DNA of 17,868 nucleotides from Chlamydiae bacterium RIFCSPHIGHO2_12_FULL_49_11 (GTDB lineage Bacteria; Chlamydiota; Chlamydiia; Chlamydiales; 2-12-FULL-49-11): NCBI GenBank assembly GCA_001794905.1, contig MGLW01000066.1, positions 1 to 17,868 of the forward strand, read 5' to 3'. Shown piece by piece: positions 16,903 to 17,868 of this stretch (position 1 is its first letter; each line of letters starts with the position of its first letter). The notes under the pieces were generated by a model. It saw only the letters and a program-made list of their open reading frames with translations, ran no database searches and was not told where the DNA came from. The position numbers and the translations under genes were made by a program.

Positions 16903-17868
16903 TCCTTTTGGACGATTCTTAAAATCCAGCATCGTTAAGAACGGTTCTCTCACTGAAAATGAGAGACTTCCGTCCTTCAATTGCAAGTTCTGAAATACTA
17001 AATCTAAAAGTTGACGTTTTTCGTCCACTTCAGAACTTTCAAAAATTTCTCTAGCTCTTGTGGCCAGGTTCATAACCATATTGGCTGTGACATAGAAATT
17101 GTGATCGGCCTTTTCATGACGTGCCATTTGTTCGACTAGCTCTGCTTGGCGAGTTTTGTAGTCTTTAACCTTATCCAAATACATTTTCTCATCAATAAGA
17201 CCATCCAGCTTATCATCGTACATTTGGCTAATCCGCTTTTGAATGCGATCTTGATCTTTTCGTAGAGCTACTAAGCTGTCAGTATGGAAAAGACTTTCGG
17301 ACTCATGGATTTTCTTGAGATAGCTTGTCACTTCAGCAATTTGTTCTTTACTTAAGGCAATACGGTCAAAATACTGAGATAGAGATTCAACTAATGGCTC
17401 CTCTCGTATATAGACCTTTTTACAAATCCGCTTCGCATTCGTGCAGCTGTAGTAAATATAACGTTTTTTATGAATCTCGGGGGTTACAGTACATCCACAA
17501 TGATCGCAGGTAATCAAGCCCCGAAGAATAAAAGGCTCGCTGATCTTTTTATGAGGCTTTTTATGATATCCAGCAGCCACGTCCTGCGCTCGTTGATATA
17601 GAGCTTTTGAAATAAGAGTCTGATAGCGGTGTTCTGCTAATCCATATTTTGTCTTCATCGTACCACAGTAAAATGGATTTTTGAGGATAGAGTCGACTTG
17701 AGATTTACCCACTTTTTTTCCTTTTCTTGTGCGTAGCCCGTCCTTTTCAGCTTCTTCTGCCAGCTTTAAGAGTGAGTAATTTCCAGTGGCGTTGTTGCGT
17801 AAATAGTCACGGATAACGGAATTCTTTGCGCTTAAATTCTTGATTCTATAAATTTTTTGTTAGTAAAT
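16903..17868. mobile_element. Edge of a (possibly degraded) integrative element inserted at the 3' end of tRNA-Tyr
   Basis: The recombinase gene directly abuts the tRNA-Tyr 3' end, and the DNA is visibly more AT-rich than the housekeeping genes. The partner att site is not in the window. Confidence 0.65.

Larger units (their letters stand above)
16663..17790 (-). pseudogene. Large serine recombinase/integrase, N-terminally truncated (recombinase domain remnant, Zn ribbon, coiled coil)
   Basis: ATGNYSL…GLRTRKG…ILKNPFY.G (recombinase domain), LRGLITCDHCG…YIYYSC…C (Zn ribbon), coiled coil and EKRQLL. There is an in-frame stop at 17862-17860 with no catalytic serine-resolvase domain before it. 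The last 79 codons are antisense to the tRNAs and their promoter. Confidence 0.8.

Overview
Mostly core-genome DNA from what appears to be an environmental member of the Chlamydiota (inferred from a CT017/Ctad1-like SH3 protein, rmuC-pssA next to nrdAB, a class Ic NrdB, and ttcA next to surE). The window has four N-gaps: 148-167, 3144-3238, 3256-3304 and 14972-14985. Core content: a partial SH3b protein, rmuC, pssA, nrdA with three ATP-cones and two upstream NrdR boxes, a tyrosyl-radical-free (Mn/Fe-type) nrdB, a type II NAD(P)H dehydrogenase fused to a cyclic-nucleotide-binding domain, tRNA-Asp/Val, a lipoprotein, surE, a Na+/proline symporter, ttcA, a small SEC-C protein and tRNA-Thr/Tyr. 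There are two accessory zones. (1) Between pssA and nrdA lie an 80-bp MITE-like palindrome, a second short repeat, a divergent Hanks-like kinase and an orphan gene. (2) Around tRNA-Thr/Tyr lie a Fic protein whose motifs resemble the Legionella AnkX-type (non-AMPylating) Fic domain but which lacks ankyrins, and an N-terminally truncated large serine recombinase that abuts tRNA-Tyr and whose ORF runs antisense through both tRNAs. Best leads: the AnkX-like Fic candidate effector, the NDH-2/cNMP fusion and the repeat-flanked kinase islet. All homology calls come from motif recognition and recalled sequences; no search was run.
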